This document shows positions 24,798-38,200 of a stretch of DNA of 64,000 nt, piece by piece. Source of the DNA: Lingula anatina (lineage: Eukaryota; Animalia; Brachiopoda); contig CM120643.1 in assembly GCA_051362555.1 (NCBI GenBank), forward strand, positions 5,766,001-5,830,000, given 5' to 3'. Every line of letters begins with the position of its first letter. Position 1 is the stretch's first letter. The notes under the pieces were generated by a model. That model did not search any database. It was not told where the DNA came from and worked only from the letters and a program-made list of their open reading frames with translations. A program made the translations under genes and the position numbers.

Positions 24798-26317
24798 ATG
24801 GATAGAGTGCTTCTGACATTAATAATAAACCAGATGCTGTCTTGGTCGCTCGCCGCCAATGCTTTCCCGGACCCAGAAGGAGAAATGTCCGTCTTTATAG
24901 AAGACAACGGTGACCCAGAGTACAAGATGGGGAATTCTCGGTGGTATCTTAAAGGAAACGGCTCTCACGCCAACAAGTGCGGAGAAATTCTGTTCAACCA
25001 AGCCGTCACGACCGCTCGGCTTCGCATCGACTATCTCCCCAACAACACGTTGGTCGCTGCTGCAGACTATATGCGTGTTATAGGGCGGCCGATAATATAC
25101 TTTGTGGGTTTGTTCTTCAACGTGCTCTGTATGTGCGTCCTGTTGAGGCGGGAATTACGCAGAGTGGCCACTTGTAATATCATGATAGCTTTGGCTGTCG
25201 CTGACTGCTGTACCTTGATCAACGGCATCTTCTACTGGGTCGAGTACGAGCTCCTTCATCCAGCGATGACAGCCAGTAGAGGGCTCTGTGGTCTGACTGT
25301 ATTCACGGTGTATTTCGCACCTGAAATGAGTGCGTGTATGATAATGTTGATGAGCGGGGAGAGACTCCTCAGGCATATTAACACGCCAAAACACGAGGTG
25401 TTTTTTTCAATGAATAAGACTCGGATTTACATCTTTGTGATCGCGGTTTTCCTCCTGATTTTGAACATCCCTATTCCTTCATTTGATATTTATTTCTATG
25501 AGTGTGGGCGGCAGATATGCTGGAATATCTACCACGATTCCCCAGACCTCCTGAAAATACACAATGAAAATTCAGGTAAGCTAGCTACAGTGAAATATTC
25601 ATCCATGTACAACATGTACAGTAGCCAGTATATCAGTAAGATTTGTGGTTGAGCTTAAAACGATGCACAATAATTTACAAGACTTGTTATTTTTTAGGAC
25701 AATGATAGGCTATACACAGAATGTTTATAATTTGCTTTTTAGGCGAGGTCGGGGATTACTATTCGGCATACAAATGGGTGGCTCTAGTGATATATTGGAT
25801 CATTCCTTTTTTCGGCTTGCCAATCATTAACACCATGTTAGTGTGTGCCATCTGGAAAGATAAGAAGAAGAAAGGGTCGCAAGTACAGGAGTCCACCATA
25901 CCAACACCAGACTCCGGTTTATATAGAGACTGGCAAGTCGAAGAACAGAAGAGCGTCACTAGAATGCTCATCTCCGTTACAGTGGCATACTGGATCATGA
26001 CAACGGGATTCAACCTGATTCAGGCTGATATTATCAAAATATATGGGTCTACTACCGATTACGAGAGAGCAAAGTTTTCTATGATTTACACAGTTTTCAT
26101 ACTATTATTTTACATGAATCATGCCTCGAATTTCTTTCTTTACTGCTTGAGTGCCCGCCCATACAGGGAAGAATTAAAAGCAATGTGGCTTGATGCCAAA
26201 GAATTCACTTACACAAAAATTGGGATAAAGGCAGATGAAGTTAGAAGGTTTGACGTGCGCAGAAGTACCTCTTCTTATGGCAGCATACCTCACCTCGCCG
26301 CCAATCAAGATGTGTGA
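24798..26317 (+). CDS. Class A (rhodopsin-like) GPCR, FMRFamide/sex-peptide-receptor-like peptide receptor group; 2 coding exons 24798-25575 and 25743-26317, 450 aa
   Basis: Seven TM segments: GLFFNVL (TM1), LAVAD (TM2), MSGERL (DRY position), CWN (ECL2 Cys), WIIPF (TM5), RMLISVTVAYW (TM6), MNHASNFFLYCL (TM7). A GT-AG phase-1 intron at 25576-25742 joins the two ORFs in frame. Confidence 0.92.
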
Positions 26318-27140
26318 CGTAGGCCTACATCGGACATAGCCTTCGTAACTTTCACTTTAATGCTGTTATAGTAACAAAAACGACATTATGTGGAATTTGT
26401 TTTTATTACCTAGTTCGTTTTCCTATTCAATGACTCGTAGTAAAAACCAATTGTGTTTCATATACTAACCAGATGTGAAATATTTCTAACACTACATGCC
26501 TAATGATTTGCACTAATATTTGAATTGAATATTTGTATTGATATAGATACTATAATTATTTTTTATGTCACCCGTTTTTTCCTGATAAGGATTTCTTCCA
26601 TTCTTTCTATATGTCTGCTGCGCTTTCAAGTGTGCTGTCCTCCTTCAAATAGAAAGTTTAGTCATAGTTGAATTTCTTGATATCAATCCAATACCGTTAA
26701 TCAATTAATTGTTTGAAGCACACGTGATGCAATTTTCGTTATCTGGAAAATGGTCAGAAGTTCATCGTAAGACAATTTTGTTATTGGCAATTAAACGTGG
26801 TTACATGGAAAGCTGATTCTATTTCTGTTAAGCCTTAACCTATATTTTTGTACAGTATATAACATTATCAATATAAAATTATATTGTCATCTGGTGTTTG
26901 ACTATAAAAATTGTTTATAGTGAAGGCCCAAGAGGTGATGCTGTCTAAAGTTATGTCAAACTCTATCCTAAAAACATATAAAATCTTTTCTTTCATAATT
27001 ATAACCATAATACTATCCTATTTACAAAATAAGAATATGGAATTGATCAAAAAATTGTACAGATAGCAGTCCTTACGGAGGAAACATCGCGCTAGAGATT
27101 AGGTCATTTTTGTTAGCAATGTTGTCTCTAATTTAGAAAA

Positions 27141-29100
27141 TCATGAGCAAATCTGGATGACTTTATCTTTACTTTTCAGAACTTATATAAGAAAAAATGA
27201 AAAATAAAAAGTTTGAAGCCAATAAGACTAAAAACCAGCTACAACAATTTTTTTAGTGATATTGTCAATACATGGCAAGAATACGTGAAAACGGCATACC
27301 CCCCTCCCCCCCCCCCCCACACACACACACAGGGGAGAAGGGAGGGAGGGTAGCCAAATCCAATGCCCAATGCTTGAAGTTGTACAACGGTTCACCGTTT
27401 GTCCTAGCTAAATCATCATTAAAGAAACGAATCAGATCAAAATTACAATAAAGCGCGGAATGTGCAGACCAGCATAATCAACAACTGTGGGTTTGGATAC
27501 AAAACTGCTCCTCCCCGTTGCCAACGCTCTCATTTCAGGCCTGCCATTTAAAATGAAAACTGATGTTTTATTGTATAAAATAATAGGCTACATTTGTAAA
27601 ACCACACACTTCGTTCGAATAATCTAGCTTTGTTTAATACAGTGCATGAACCCAGAAATTATGCTAAAGTATAATCAAAATAGAAAGATCAATACTTCTT
27701 GAACAAGATCGGCCACATAGGAAATCTCCCCCCCCCCCCCCACCTCATCCTGCCCCCTTTCTACTGATAGCCTACCATACAAACAAGCCACCTTCCAAAC
27801 TCAGCGTAGATAGGAGTGTGAGAGTTATGTAAAAGTAGGTCAAAAGTTCACGGATAGGATATGCCATGTAAGGGTTCTTGGGGGAGATAGGTGATGTCCT
27901 TTTGCATTTTTTTCTGTCAATATTGAGAAGAAATATCGATCGTATCTTTCGTTGCATTCAGTAAAAATAAATTCAAATAAGTCAATTTTCTTTCTTTTAT
28001 CACGTAATTCGTCAGATGTAATAAAATATAACATTTCCCTAGGAAACCCTCTTGTGAATACGTCGTCTGCAGAACCATCAGCGTTTGCCACCACGCTGGA
28101 TGCTTCGCGCATCCCGGGAGCTGAACAGTTAACGCGGTCTGAAAAATTTTAGGGAGAGTCGGATGAAATAAAGGGAGACCGTGGCATATATAAAGTTCTA
28201 CATGATGAAGCTGGAGATATGGACTAGTTTTACAATTTTCTTGGGAAATTAGCAATACACTCTGCTTTTCAGTAACCCCAGGCAACCAAAATGTTTTGCT
28301 GGTATCTTGATACATCTCCCACTTGTGTCTCCCCCTAAAACGGTCCAAACTCAAAAATCGATAATCGTATGGCAATTATATACAGGCAATTGACCTACTT
28401 TTATACCCATGCAGCTATAAACGAGTTTTATGGCTGTGGAGTGAAAACGTGATACACGTCTGTGATATAAAAGTTATTACTAATTATATTATTTACAAAC
28501 AGTGCGTGTGGTGAAAAGTGTTCCAATTTGTGAGCAAAAGAGGACATTACTTTTTGAAAATAATGAAAAAATTGGAGACAAGCCAAAATCAGAAAAAATG
28601 CATTTTTTCTCTTATATGCAAATTAGGTCCCCTGAAGTAATATACATGTATGACTGGCCGGAAGTGATGTTCATATCAGAGATTTGTAATGATGATGATC
28701 TTGATGGCCTTAATTATCTTAATGGTGATTCAAAAAATATTATCAATGTTTTCAGTTGTTATCTGGTGTGAAACAAATTTTCTTCACTAACACAATCATC
28801 ACGTGAAGAATAATTAGTAAATGCGCGCCTCAGAGATACGCTGCAGACGTCACTGTGAGTGAAAATGGATATCGGCAAACTGTTAAAATTTTGACAGCAT
28901 TTCTATTTATTTGTGTTCGACAAGGATGAATGCATTAAATAAGAATACTTTTTTTAAGCGAATATTAAGGAGAAAGCCGAGATAAAAAATAATAAGGATA
29001 ATAGTCAAAATATTCAGAAGTAAAACATTTTCAGAGTTAAAATTCTTGTTGGCCACTACAGTTCCTCTTCGCAGAGGTTCACAGGAAAAATTTAATGTCA
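27141..29100 (+). mobile_element. Dispersed repeat, copy B; probable non-autonomous DNA transposon
   Basis: Co-linear with 58529-60095 over about 1.5 kb (ORFs 27917..28375 vs 58964..59236 and 28502..28771 vs 59551..59781 are similar but not frame-conserved). Termini not resolved. Confidence 0.7.
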
Positions 29101-30649
29101 CTTGTACTGGTAGCCGTATAAATTGATGTTGTAAATTAAATGACTTACACTTTCACTAACTGCAGATAATGATTATAAAAACTGAATCAAGAGTTAAAGG
29201 ATAGGGAGTTATTGAGTGTAGGTTAAATTTCTTTTAAGAGTCAACAAGTGGAGAAATTGTTTTCCTGGTAGGAAAAGATGGAACATGTCACCTGTCACAT
29301 TTGGCTCGATTTGATTGGTTAATTTCTCAATAGATTTGCAAATTTCTGACATGTGTAAAACACATGCAAACTAAGGATGGATATGGTCCAAGCATGAGTA
29401 ATTCAAATAATATTTTTAATATTTTAAATTGAAAAGAAGTCTATTAGAAATTACCTAATAATTTAATGCTGAATGGTGGTTTGCAACATGAGAATGGAAA
29501 ATTCCTTGTAATCACGCAAAGACAATGGAAAGAAAACAAGCAAATGCATGATCAGTACGGAGAAATAGAGTTTAAATACTTGTGAAATTGTATGAAAAGA
29601 GAGTCGGTGAATAAAGGTTCGAAAGCTCCAGATCGTGGTTATTCTTCACTACATGTATAACATTGATAATCATCAGATTACGAGCTTCTTAATTATGTTC
29701 GTGATGCACAAGTAAATTACGTTCTAACAACGTAAATATTTACATGCAATTTGGTAACGTATGTATATCGGTAACGTATACATGTATGTGCGCTCATGTA
29801 TGACGTCTCACGCACTGACAGTTGCGCCGACAGACAACTCACAACTTAAATAACAACAACAACAATCTACACGCAATATGGTAACGTGCATATCGGTAAC
29901 GCAGTGGCGGATTTAGAGGTTACTGAAAAATATATTCCCCTCTTGAAATTAGAACCTTTTGTATATTTTTAATTGGAAAATCTACTTTTTGATATTATTC
30001 CATTTTTTCACAAAAATTGTTTTTTTTTTTTTTTAATTAAAGTGAAAGGAAAAAGATTAGAGGGAGAAAAAGAGCAACAATTGAACATACACGTTTCCCC
30101 CCAAAAATATCCTTTATTACAATTTACAGTGAAATAATGAAGAACATACAAACTATTGGCATGCATGTACCAAAAACAAAAAGACTTTCACTAGTATCTA
30201 AAAATGAAAATTAATATATCTTTAAACATAAAGAACAGTGCACTAACAAAATTTCAAGTATGGCATCACAGTATGGACAGACCTCTATTCAAACAAATAA
30301 AAAATACATCAATAGAACAATTTTAAATATCCAATTTCCTCCATGCTGAAATTCTGAACACAGTAAAGGATCGAATCTGATAAACTACACAGATATCATT
30401 TTATTTCCATTTCTGATTTTTTATTTCACAATACACGATAACAGATTTACCACCATTTTCATATAAACAATTAATGTCAAAAGAACACTTTACAAAAATA
30501 TAACTTAACAAAAACTAAGATAATTTTGGAACTTAATCTGTACATGTATATTAGTCCCAAGAATCAGCCCAGCAGGTATTAAAGCTAAATATGACACGGT
30601 TTTCATGCTATTTGTATAACAGTAGATAAAATTCACCAAAAAAAAAAAA

Positions 30650-31140
30650 GCATAACTTTTGGAAAGATGGTTTGATTAAGCTGATTTTCTAATTCAGCCT
30701 GTATGTCATGTATACTCAGCTCTGTAAATTTGAAGACAAACGGTAAAACGGTGTTTTCAATATATAATGGTGGATAAAATAATCTGAGAAGAGAAAAAAA
30801 AAACTTTGTTCCAATAAAGCTGATTTTTGGACTCAACCTGTATTTCATGAATATTCATCAGTTTTACATTATGTAAATTTGAAGACAAAAGGTAAAACTG
30901 TGTTTTCATTATTTATGAAAATGTTTAACAGAGGATAAGTTACACTGAAAAAAGCAGGAAAGTTTTGTAGAAATGTTCCAATCAAGCCGAATTTCAAACT
31001 TGATCTGCATTTTATGAATATTTATCAGTTCTTTAAGTTTGAAGACAAAAGGTCAAATAGTTTTTCCACTTATCGCTATTACACTGAAAGACACAGGTGA
31101 CAGCAATGTACAGACACATCTGTGTCTGTAAATAAAAATT
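30650..31140 (-). mobile_element. Inverted, decayed copy of the HINE-like element at 8765
   Basis: tgtacagacacatctgtgtctgta at 31107-31130, plus tttttccacttatcg and tgaatattcatcagtt, are reverse complements of the 8765-9655 element. Confidence 0.7.
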
Positions 31141-32744
31141 ATATATGAGTGAATGTTCCAATGGTGTGGGACAAATTTTCTTCCAGCCTTCTTAAAGCTT
31201 CAAATTTATATTTATAGAAAATTAATAAAATTTCCACATGAAGACGTCTATATAAATGTCACAGGACATACATCTAAAGCCAGAAGGAAAAAGCATCAAC
31301 ATGTTTTGTATATTTGTGAAATACAAATTTATCTTCTACCCTTTTCTGAACCAAGACAAAACTTCTTGGAATGTTGAGTACACCATGGCATCCTACACAG
31401 ATGTTTTCCTAGGATAATGTATTAAAACAAACTTGAAAGAACTCTTTTGATCATCAAGAATTTTTATGGTCAAAAATCTTTGGTATCATAAATCACTATC
31501 AGTGACTAAAACATCAGTGTCATAATTGTTTTCCATTACTGAAGGACAGAGTTCTGTATGTGTTATATGGACTGTGATCTCTGATGACTGGTTGTCTGCT
31601 ACCCCATTGGAGTGAGTGGGGCTGGTGATGTCCTTTTTTAGGGGGGTTAGCAGGTTCTATTCTGTTCTACTGTCATACATTGAGTTGGAGAAATTGGTTG
31701 GTTTGTTGTAGTCCTGGAATTCTTCATTTTGTTGTACTTTGGTTCCATTGCATCCTACAAGAAAAAAGATTAGCACTTTAGACCAGTGAATAAAAAGAAA
31801 ATTTCCAGTTAACAAAGTATAAAATAAAATATTTTCACAGGCAATTTGTGAAAAAAAAAAACCAACCAACAAACAAAAAAAACCCCATAAAACAAGAAGA
31901 TGAAGCTGTGCATGCTTTTCTACTATATATGCAAAATACTGAATACTTCATAGTTTCTAATCTTCTGTCTTTTATCTCAAGTGAGTATCCAAATTAAACC
32001 CTCAAATCTTTTACTGATCACATTTCTATACAATATGTGACTATATACCCCATTCTGTGCCACAGAGATGTCATATACAAATTTTGGCATGCTGATTGCC
32101 ACAACATTGCCTCCATGGAAAGCCATCGTTCCTGCAGGTGCCCCAGTCTGAACTCGCCCCCACCACTGGAATGCAAGGCCTTGCTCATACTGAAATCATA
32201 ACAACAACTATTTCAATATCCAGGGGAATCGTTTGATATCATTACCAAAAGATTAAGATCTGGACTTATAATAAATATCAAATGAATTACAAATAAATTG
32301 CTGTAATGATTATACCTGATGTGCCTTGAAGCAAAATCTGTTTGATAATGAATACCTTATTTTCTAAGATGTATTTGATATCATCTAAGATGACTTAACA
32401 AATTTTCTTTAAAATTCTTTGCGAGAGTGAGAAAGAAAGAGAGAGACAGAGAAAGAGAAATCTGACCTTCTTTGCAGAAATAGGAACACAACTTTTATGA
32501 CCACTAATAGGATGACCACAAGTATAATGGGGACCACAATGACAGTTGTTTCTGAAATAACACATTTCCTGGGAATGTTTCAACTCAGAAAGGGAAATAA
32601 TTCATCGAGGAAGTAAAATCAAAATTCTGAATCACAAAATGAATAAAATTTATCCAAAACTGAATATATACTTCCAATTTTACATATGGCTAAATAGTCC
32701 TTTCTTGGCAAAATCTAATGTAAACTAAATAATTCTTACAGTAC

Positions 32745-34041
32745 CTTGTATCTGTTGCAGAGGGTGCATGACCTTGAGGTCCATGGGCCTGTGGATTGTG
32801 TTGACCAGTGATGTCTGGTTAGTGCCTGTGTACTTGTCAGCTTTTTCAATACTCAGATGGTTCCAGTCAGTCCAATATATCCAGTCTTCAAATACAGCAA
32901 TGGCAAATATGTGGACTATTCTGACTTCTGATATGACCAATTAACTGTCTGTTGCTGCCATCAAGGTTGGCATACCTGAAATCTAATGTACATATGTATT
33001 AGATTTTACATCATTTCATATAAATGGAACAAGAAAAACTATATAACCTGCAGCGAACCGTTTATGTCTCAGTTACAAGAAGATCAACTTTACAACCTCC
33101 AGACCTGCTTGGCTGTGGTGCAGGTAATAACCTGTGACAGTACCAAATACCAAATTTGGTTTCATTTGCCAACTTAAGATGTTCTAAATATAATACATTT
33201 TATCAAAAAATTTTTTCCAATAATAAAAAATTAGAGTATTCATTGACATTTTCCTATAAAATCAATAACTAAAAGCTGAGACTAACTCAATGTAATCCAG
33301 ATGTGCATCAGCCCACCACATCTTCCTGGTGACATAGTCAATTGTCAAAGAATTAGGCCAGTCCAGTTTTTCCATGATCAGAGATGACCAGTTTATGACG
33401 TCCATTCTCACACCAGCAATGTAAGAGATATGACCCCAGTCTGTCCAGTAAAATATATCTGGAATAAAATGCCTAGCATATCATACATATTTTAAATTAC
33501 TAATATAAATCAGTAAATTAGCAATGTCAAACATGAGTATGCAGTCACTGACTTTATATTGGGCCATTAAAAATTTATTATTATTATCATTATCTACAAT
33601 TTTACATTTTTTTAGTTATTTTTCTTAACCAATTGTGTCATGATCCTATTTATCTTATTTTATGGTTAAAAACAAAACGAGAGGAATTAATCATAACTGA
33701 AAATAACCTTGCCCAAAGAATTAATATTAATGGCAGAATATATGGTGAAACCACTTTGATAGAATCACAGTATCATAGTGGAGAAGACTAGAAGATAAAA
33801 CATGACATGTACATCTTATATATGCAGTTCTCACTAGAACACACTCCACTATGTTATCCCAAGGTAATGTTTCTTTTCAAGTTTCTCTTACCCTGTGAAT
33901 GGGTCAGCAGCCACTGCCCTTGGGTTGGACATCTCAGTGGACAGGAGAGTCTTACCACTGGTGACATTCAACACAGACACAAACATCTGCTCCAGCTGGT
34001 AGTCCACCCAGTACAGCTGGTAGCCCACCCAGTACAGCTTT
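32745..34041 (-). pseudogene. Three YWTD beta-propeller exons of the LRP-like relic (33892-34041, 33287-33458, 32745-32975)
   Basis: Canonical AG/GT boundaries and YWTD repeats. Two of the three exons need a 1-nt shift to stay in frame. Confidence 0.9.
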
Positions 34042-34431
34042 CTGAAAAATAAGAAATTTGAAAGTGTACTTTCTTTTATGGACAAATCAAACACAAAAAT
34101 ATTCAAATATAACTGAAACTCAGCTTTTTAGAAGGGTCATATCTTTTACTAAATAATTCTTTGGTAAAAAAACTCTATTCCATATAGAACATGTATTACA
34201 TCTATAAGACAAGAATGAGAAGAGTATACGGTGATAATTCCATGTCTACTTAACTGGATAAATATAAACAAATATCCATCACATACATTAAAAATAAACG
34301 ATAAGTTTCAAGACTGAATTTCCTAATACACCATGTTTTAAAAGCATCTCAATGTAGATCTTCTTCTAGGGGGAAAATAGTGCAAATGACATCACTGGAC
34401 AACTAGATCGCTCAACCTCAGTTTTAAAATA

Positions 34432-34922
34432 CTAAAGGCATGATAGGGGGTACCTATCTTATCCAGCTGTCCAGTACCATCAGTATATATCTATTACCAG
34501 TACCAGTACCTTCCCATCCAATCAACTGTATATAGTAAAGACATGATAGGGGATACCTATCTTATCCAGCTGTCCAGTACCATCAGTATATATCTATTAC
34601 CAGTACCAGTACCTTCCCATCCAATCAACTGTATATAGTAAAGACATGATAGGGGATACCTATCTTATCCAGCTGTCCAGTACCATCAGTATATGTCTAT
34701 TACCAGTACCAGTACCTTCCCATCCAATCAACTGTATATAGTAAAGACATGATAGGGGATACCTATCTTATCCAGCTGTCCAGTACCATCAGTATATATC
34801 TATTACCAGTACCAGTACCTTCCCATCCAATCAACTGTATATAGTAAAGACATGATAGGGGATACCTATCTTATCCAGCTGTCCAGTACCATCAGTATAC
34901 GCCTATTACCAGTACCAGTACC
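34432..34922. repeat. 103 bp tandem repeat, about 4.7 near-identical copies
   Basis: (g/a)catgatagggg at 34438, 34541, 34644, 34747 and 34850. Confidence 0.95.
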
Positions 34923-35264
34923 ATTATCATTAACTTATTATAGTCACATTTTACAGTGTATAAAAACACTTGTCCATTCAGGCTTATAAAACAATTTATG
35001 TGCTGAGCAACCATTCTCATCTTATACAGTATTTACTGCGGTAATAAATTTATGTCTAATTTTTTTATCATAAGATTTTCCAAAGACATGGTTTCATCTG
35101 TTTGAAGGCCAAACCAGACAGACATAATAATAAACCTAGATGACAGCAATATGGAAATGCTTCACAAATCAGACAAATGCATGACCATCTTGAAAACTTT
35201 GTTTCACATTAAAATGCTAAAAGGAATAGGAAATTACTTGCCACAATATTGTTTATCTGACATA

Positions 35265-38200
35265 TCAAATTCAATGACTTAAAATAGTTAAATGTTAATA
35301 ATTTTGTCAAATCTAGTCCAATATTTCTGAAATTTGTACAAATGATGCTTAACAACAATAAAAATCTGTACAAGATTAAATTCAGTTGTCTGTACCTAAT
35401 GAAAAGTGTTTTTTGGGTACAATATATTTGGGAAACTGAAATTTACATTCAAAAGACTGGCAAAACCCAGGACTTAAAATAGTTAAGCATTATTAATTTA
35501 GTCAAAGCTTTTCCAATATTTCTGAAATTTGTACAAAAGATGCTTAACAACAATAAAAATACTATCAATGTCATATGCAGATTACTCCTTACAATGGGTT
35601 TCTGGAATAGCTTGTTGTTATCACAACATTTGACAATGTCCTAAATCTTGCCACATATCATGTATTGTACACATGGATAAGACATAGTGCTGCTCTTGCT
35701 GCTGTCTTTCACTGCCTGCATCTTCATGGTAAGGGTTCTCTGGAAAAAGAACAATATAACTGAAAAAAATTGAAAAATTACATTGAAAAGACTGGCAGAT
35801 CCCAGGACTTTAAATAGTTAAACGTTAATAATTTTGTCAAATCTTGTCCAATATTTCTGAAATTTGTAAAAATGATGCTTAACAACAATAAAAATCTGTG
35901 ATAAGCTGATCAGTTGACTGTATCTAATGATAAGTGTTTTTGGGACAGCATATTTGGGAAAACTGAAAAATTACATTGAAAAGACTGGCAAATCCCAGGA
36001 CTTAAAATAGTTAAACGATAATAATTTTGTCAAATCTAGTTCAATATTTCTGAAATTTGTACAAATGATGCTTAACAACAATAAAAATCTAAGATTGGAT
36101 GATCTGTGGACTATATCTAATGAAAAGTGTTTTTTGGGACAACATATTTGGGAAAACTGAAATTTGCATTGAAAAGACAGGCATATCCCAGGACTTAAAA
36201 TAGTTAAACGTTAATAATTTTGTCAAATCGTGTCCAGTGTTTCTGAAATTTGTACAAAAGATGCTTAACAACAATAAAAATCTGTGATAAGCTGACCAAA
36301 TAACTGTTTCTAATGAAAAGTGTCTTTTGGGGACAATATCCTTGAAAATACTGAAAATTACACTGAAAACACTGGCAACTTTCATGGCTTAAATAGTTAA
36401 ATGTTAATAATTTTGCAAAGTGATTATAAAATAAATTAGCAAATGTGATGACTTGAGGTTGTTTGTGTAAGAGGTTGCAAATTACCTATAACTGTTATCT
36501 GGAAAAAATATATACCCATACAACACTTCTCCTTACTATATGCCAGATGCAGATTACTCCTTACAATGAGTATCTGGAATGGGTTGTTGTTATCAAAATA
36601 TTTGACAATGTCCTAAATCTTGCCACATTCCATGTGTTGTACACATGGATAAGACATAGTGCTGCTCTTGGTGCTGTCTTTCACTGCCTGCTTCTTCGTG
36701 GTAAGAGTACTCTGGAAAAAGAACAATATAACTGAAAAAACTGAAAATTACATTGAAAAGACTGGCAAATCCCCTGACTTTAAATAGTTAAACGTTAATA
36801 ATTTTATCAAATCTAGTCCAATATTTCTGAAATTTGTATAAATGATGCTTAAAAACAATAAAAACCTGTGATAAGCTGATCAGTTGACTGTATCTAATGA
36901 TAAGTGGTTTTGGGACAACAACTTTGGGAAAACTGAAATTTACATTAAGACAGCAAAAAAAAGGCTTTTAAAATAGTTAAACGTTTATAATTTTGTCAAA
37001 TCTTGTCCAATATTTCTGAAATTTGTACAAATGATGCTTAACAACAATAAAAATCTGTGATAAGCTGATCAGTTGACTGTTTCTAATGATAAGTGTTTTT
37101 GGGACAACATATTTGGGAAAACTGAAATTTACATTGAAAAGACAGGCAAATCCCTGGACTTAAAATAGTTAAACGGTAATAAATTTGTCAAATCTAGTCC
37201 AATATTTCTGAAATTTGTACAAAAGATGCTTAACAACAATAAAAATCTGTGAAAAGCTGATCAAATGATTGTGTTAAATGAAAAGTATCTTCTTCCAACA
37301 ATATCTTTGAAAAAACTGTAAATTACACTGAAAATTATGGCAAATTCCATGGCTAAAAATAGTTAAATGTTAATAATTTTGCAATGTGATTATAAAATAA
37401 AATAGCTTATGTGATGATTTGAGGTTGTTTGTGTAAGAGGTTGCAAATTACCTATAATTTTTATCTGGAAAACAATATATACCCATACAAGACTTCTCCT
37501 TACTATCAATGGGAGATGCAGATTACTCCTTACAATGGGTTTCTGGAATGGCTTGTTGTTATCACAACATTTGACAATGTCCTAAATCTTGCCACATATC
37601 ATGTATTGTACACATGGATAAGACATAGTGCTGTTCTTGCTGCTGTCTTTCACTGCCTGCATCTTCATGGTAAGGGTTCTCTGGAAAAAGAACAATACAA
37701 CTGAAAAAACTGAAAAATTACATTGAAAAGACTGGCAAATCCCAGGACTTAAAATAGTTAAACGATAATAATTTTGTCAAATCTAGTTCAATATTTCTGA
37801 AATTTGTACAAATGATGCTGAACAACAATAACAATCTGTGATAAGATGATCAGTTGACTGTATTTAATGAAAAGTGATTTTTGGGACAACAAATTTGGGA
37901 CAACTGAAAATTTACCTTGAAAAGCCAGGCAAATCCCAGGACTTAAAATAGTTAAATTTTAATAATTTTGTCAAATCTTGTCCACTATTTCTAAAATTTG
38001 TACAAATGATGCTTAACAACAATAAAAATATAAGATTGGATGATCTGTGGACTATATCTAATGAAAAGTGTTTTTTGGGACAACATATTTGGGAAAACTG
38101 AAATTTACCTTGAAAAGCCAGGCATATCCCAGGACTTAAAATAGTTAAACGTTAATAATTTTGTCAAATCATGTCCAGTGTTTCTGAAATTTGTACAAAA

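Noticed and set aside
25576-25742. ORF tails as coding sequence, or a frameshifted GPCR pseudogene
   Set aside because: A canonical GT-AG intron joins the two ORFs in frame.
27840-28771. 152-aa and neighbouring ORFs as genes
   Set aside because: They lie in a dispersed repeat; the copy at 58.5-60 kb has different starts, stops and frames, and no domain motifs are recognisable.
32050-32189. Additional LRP exon (good acceptor, some Cys/Gly)
   Set aside because: No frame gives a recognisable EGF or TM motif and the expected frame stops immediately; left unassigned.
32939-32945. TTAA transposon footprint causing the LRP frameshift
   Set aside because: The sequence reads ttaattg on the minus strand, not a duplicated TTAA; a simple indel explains it.
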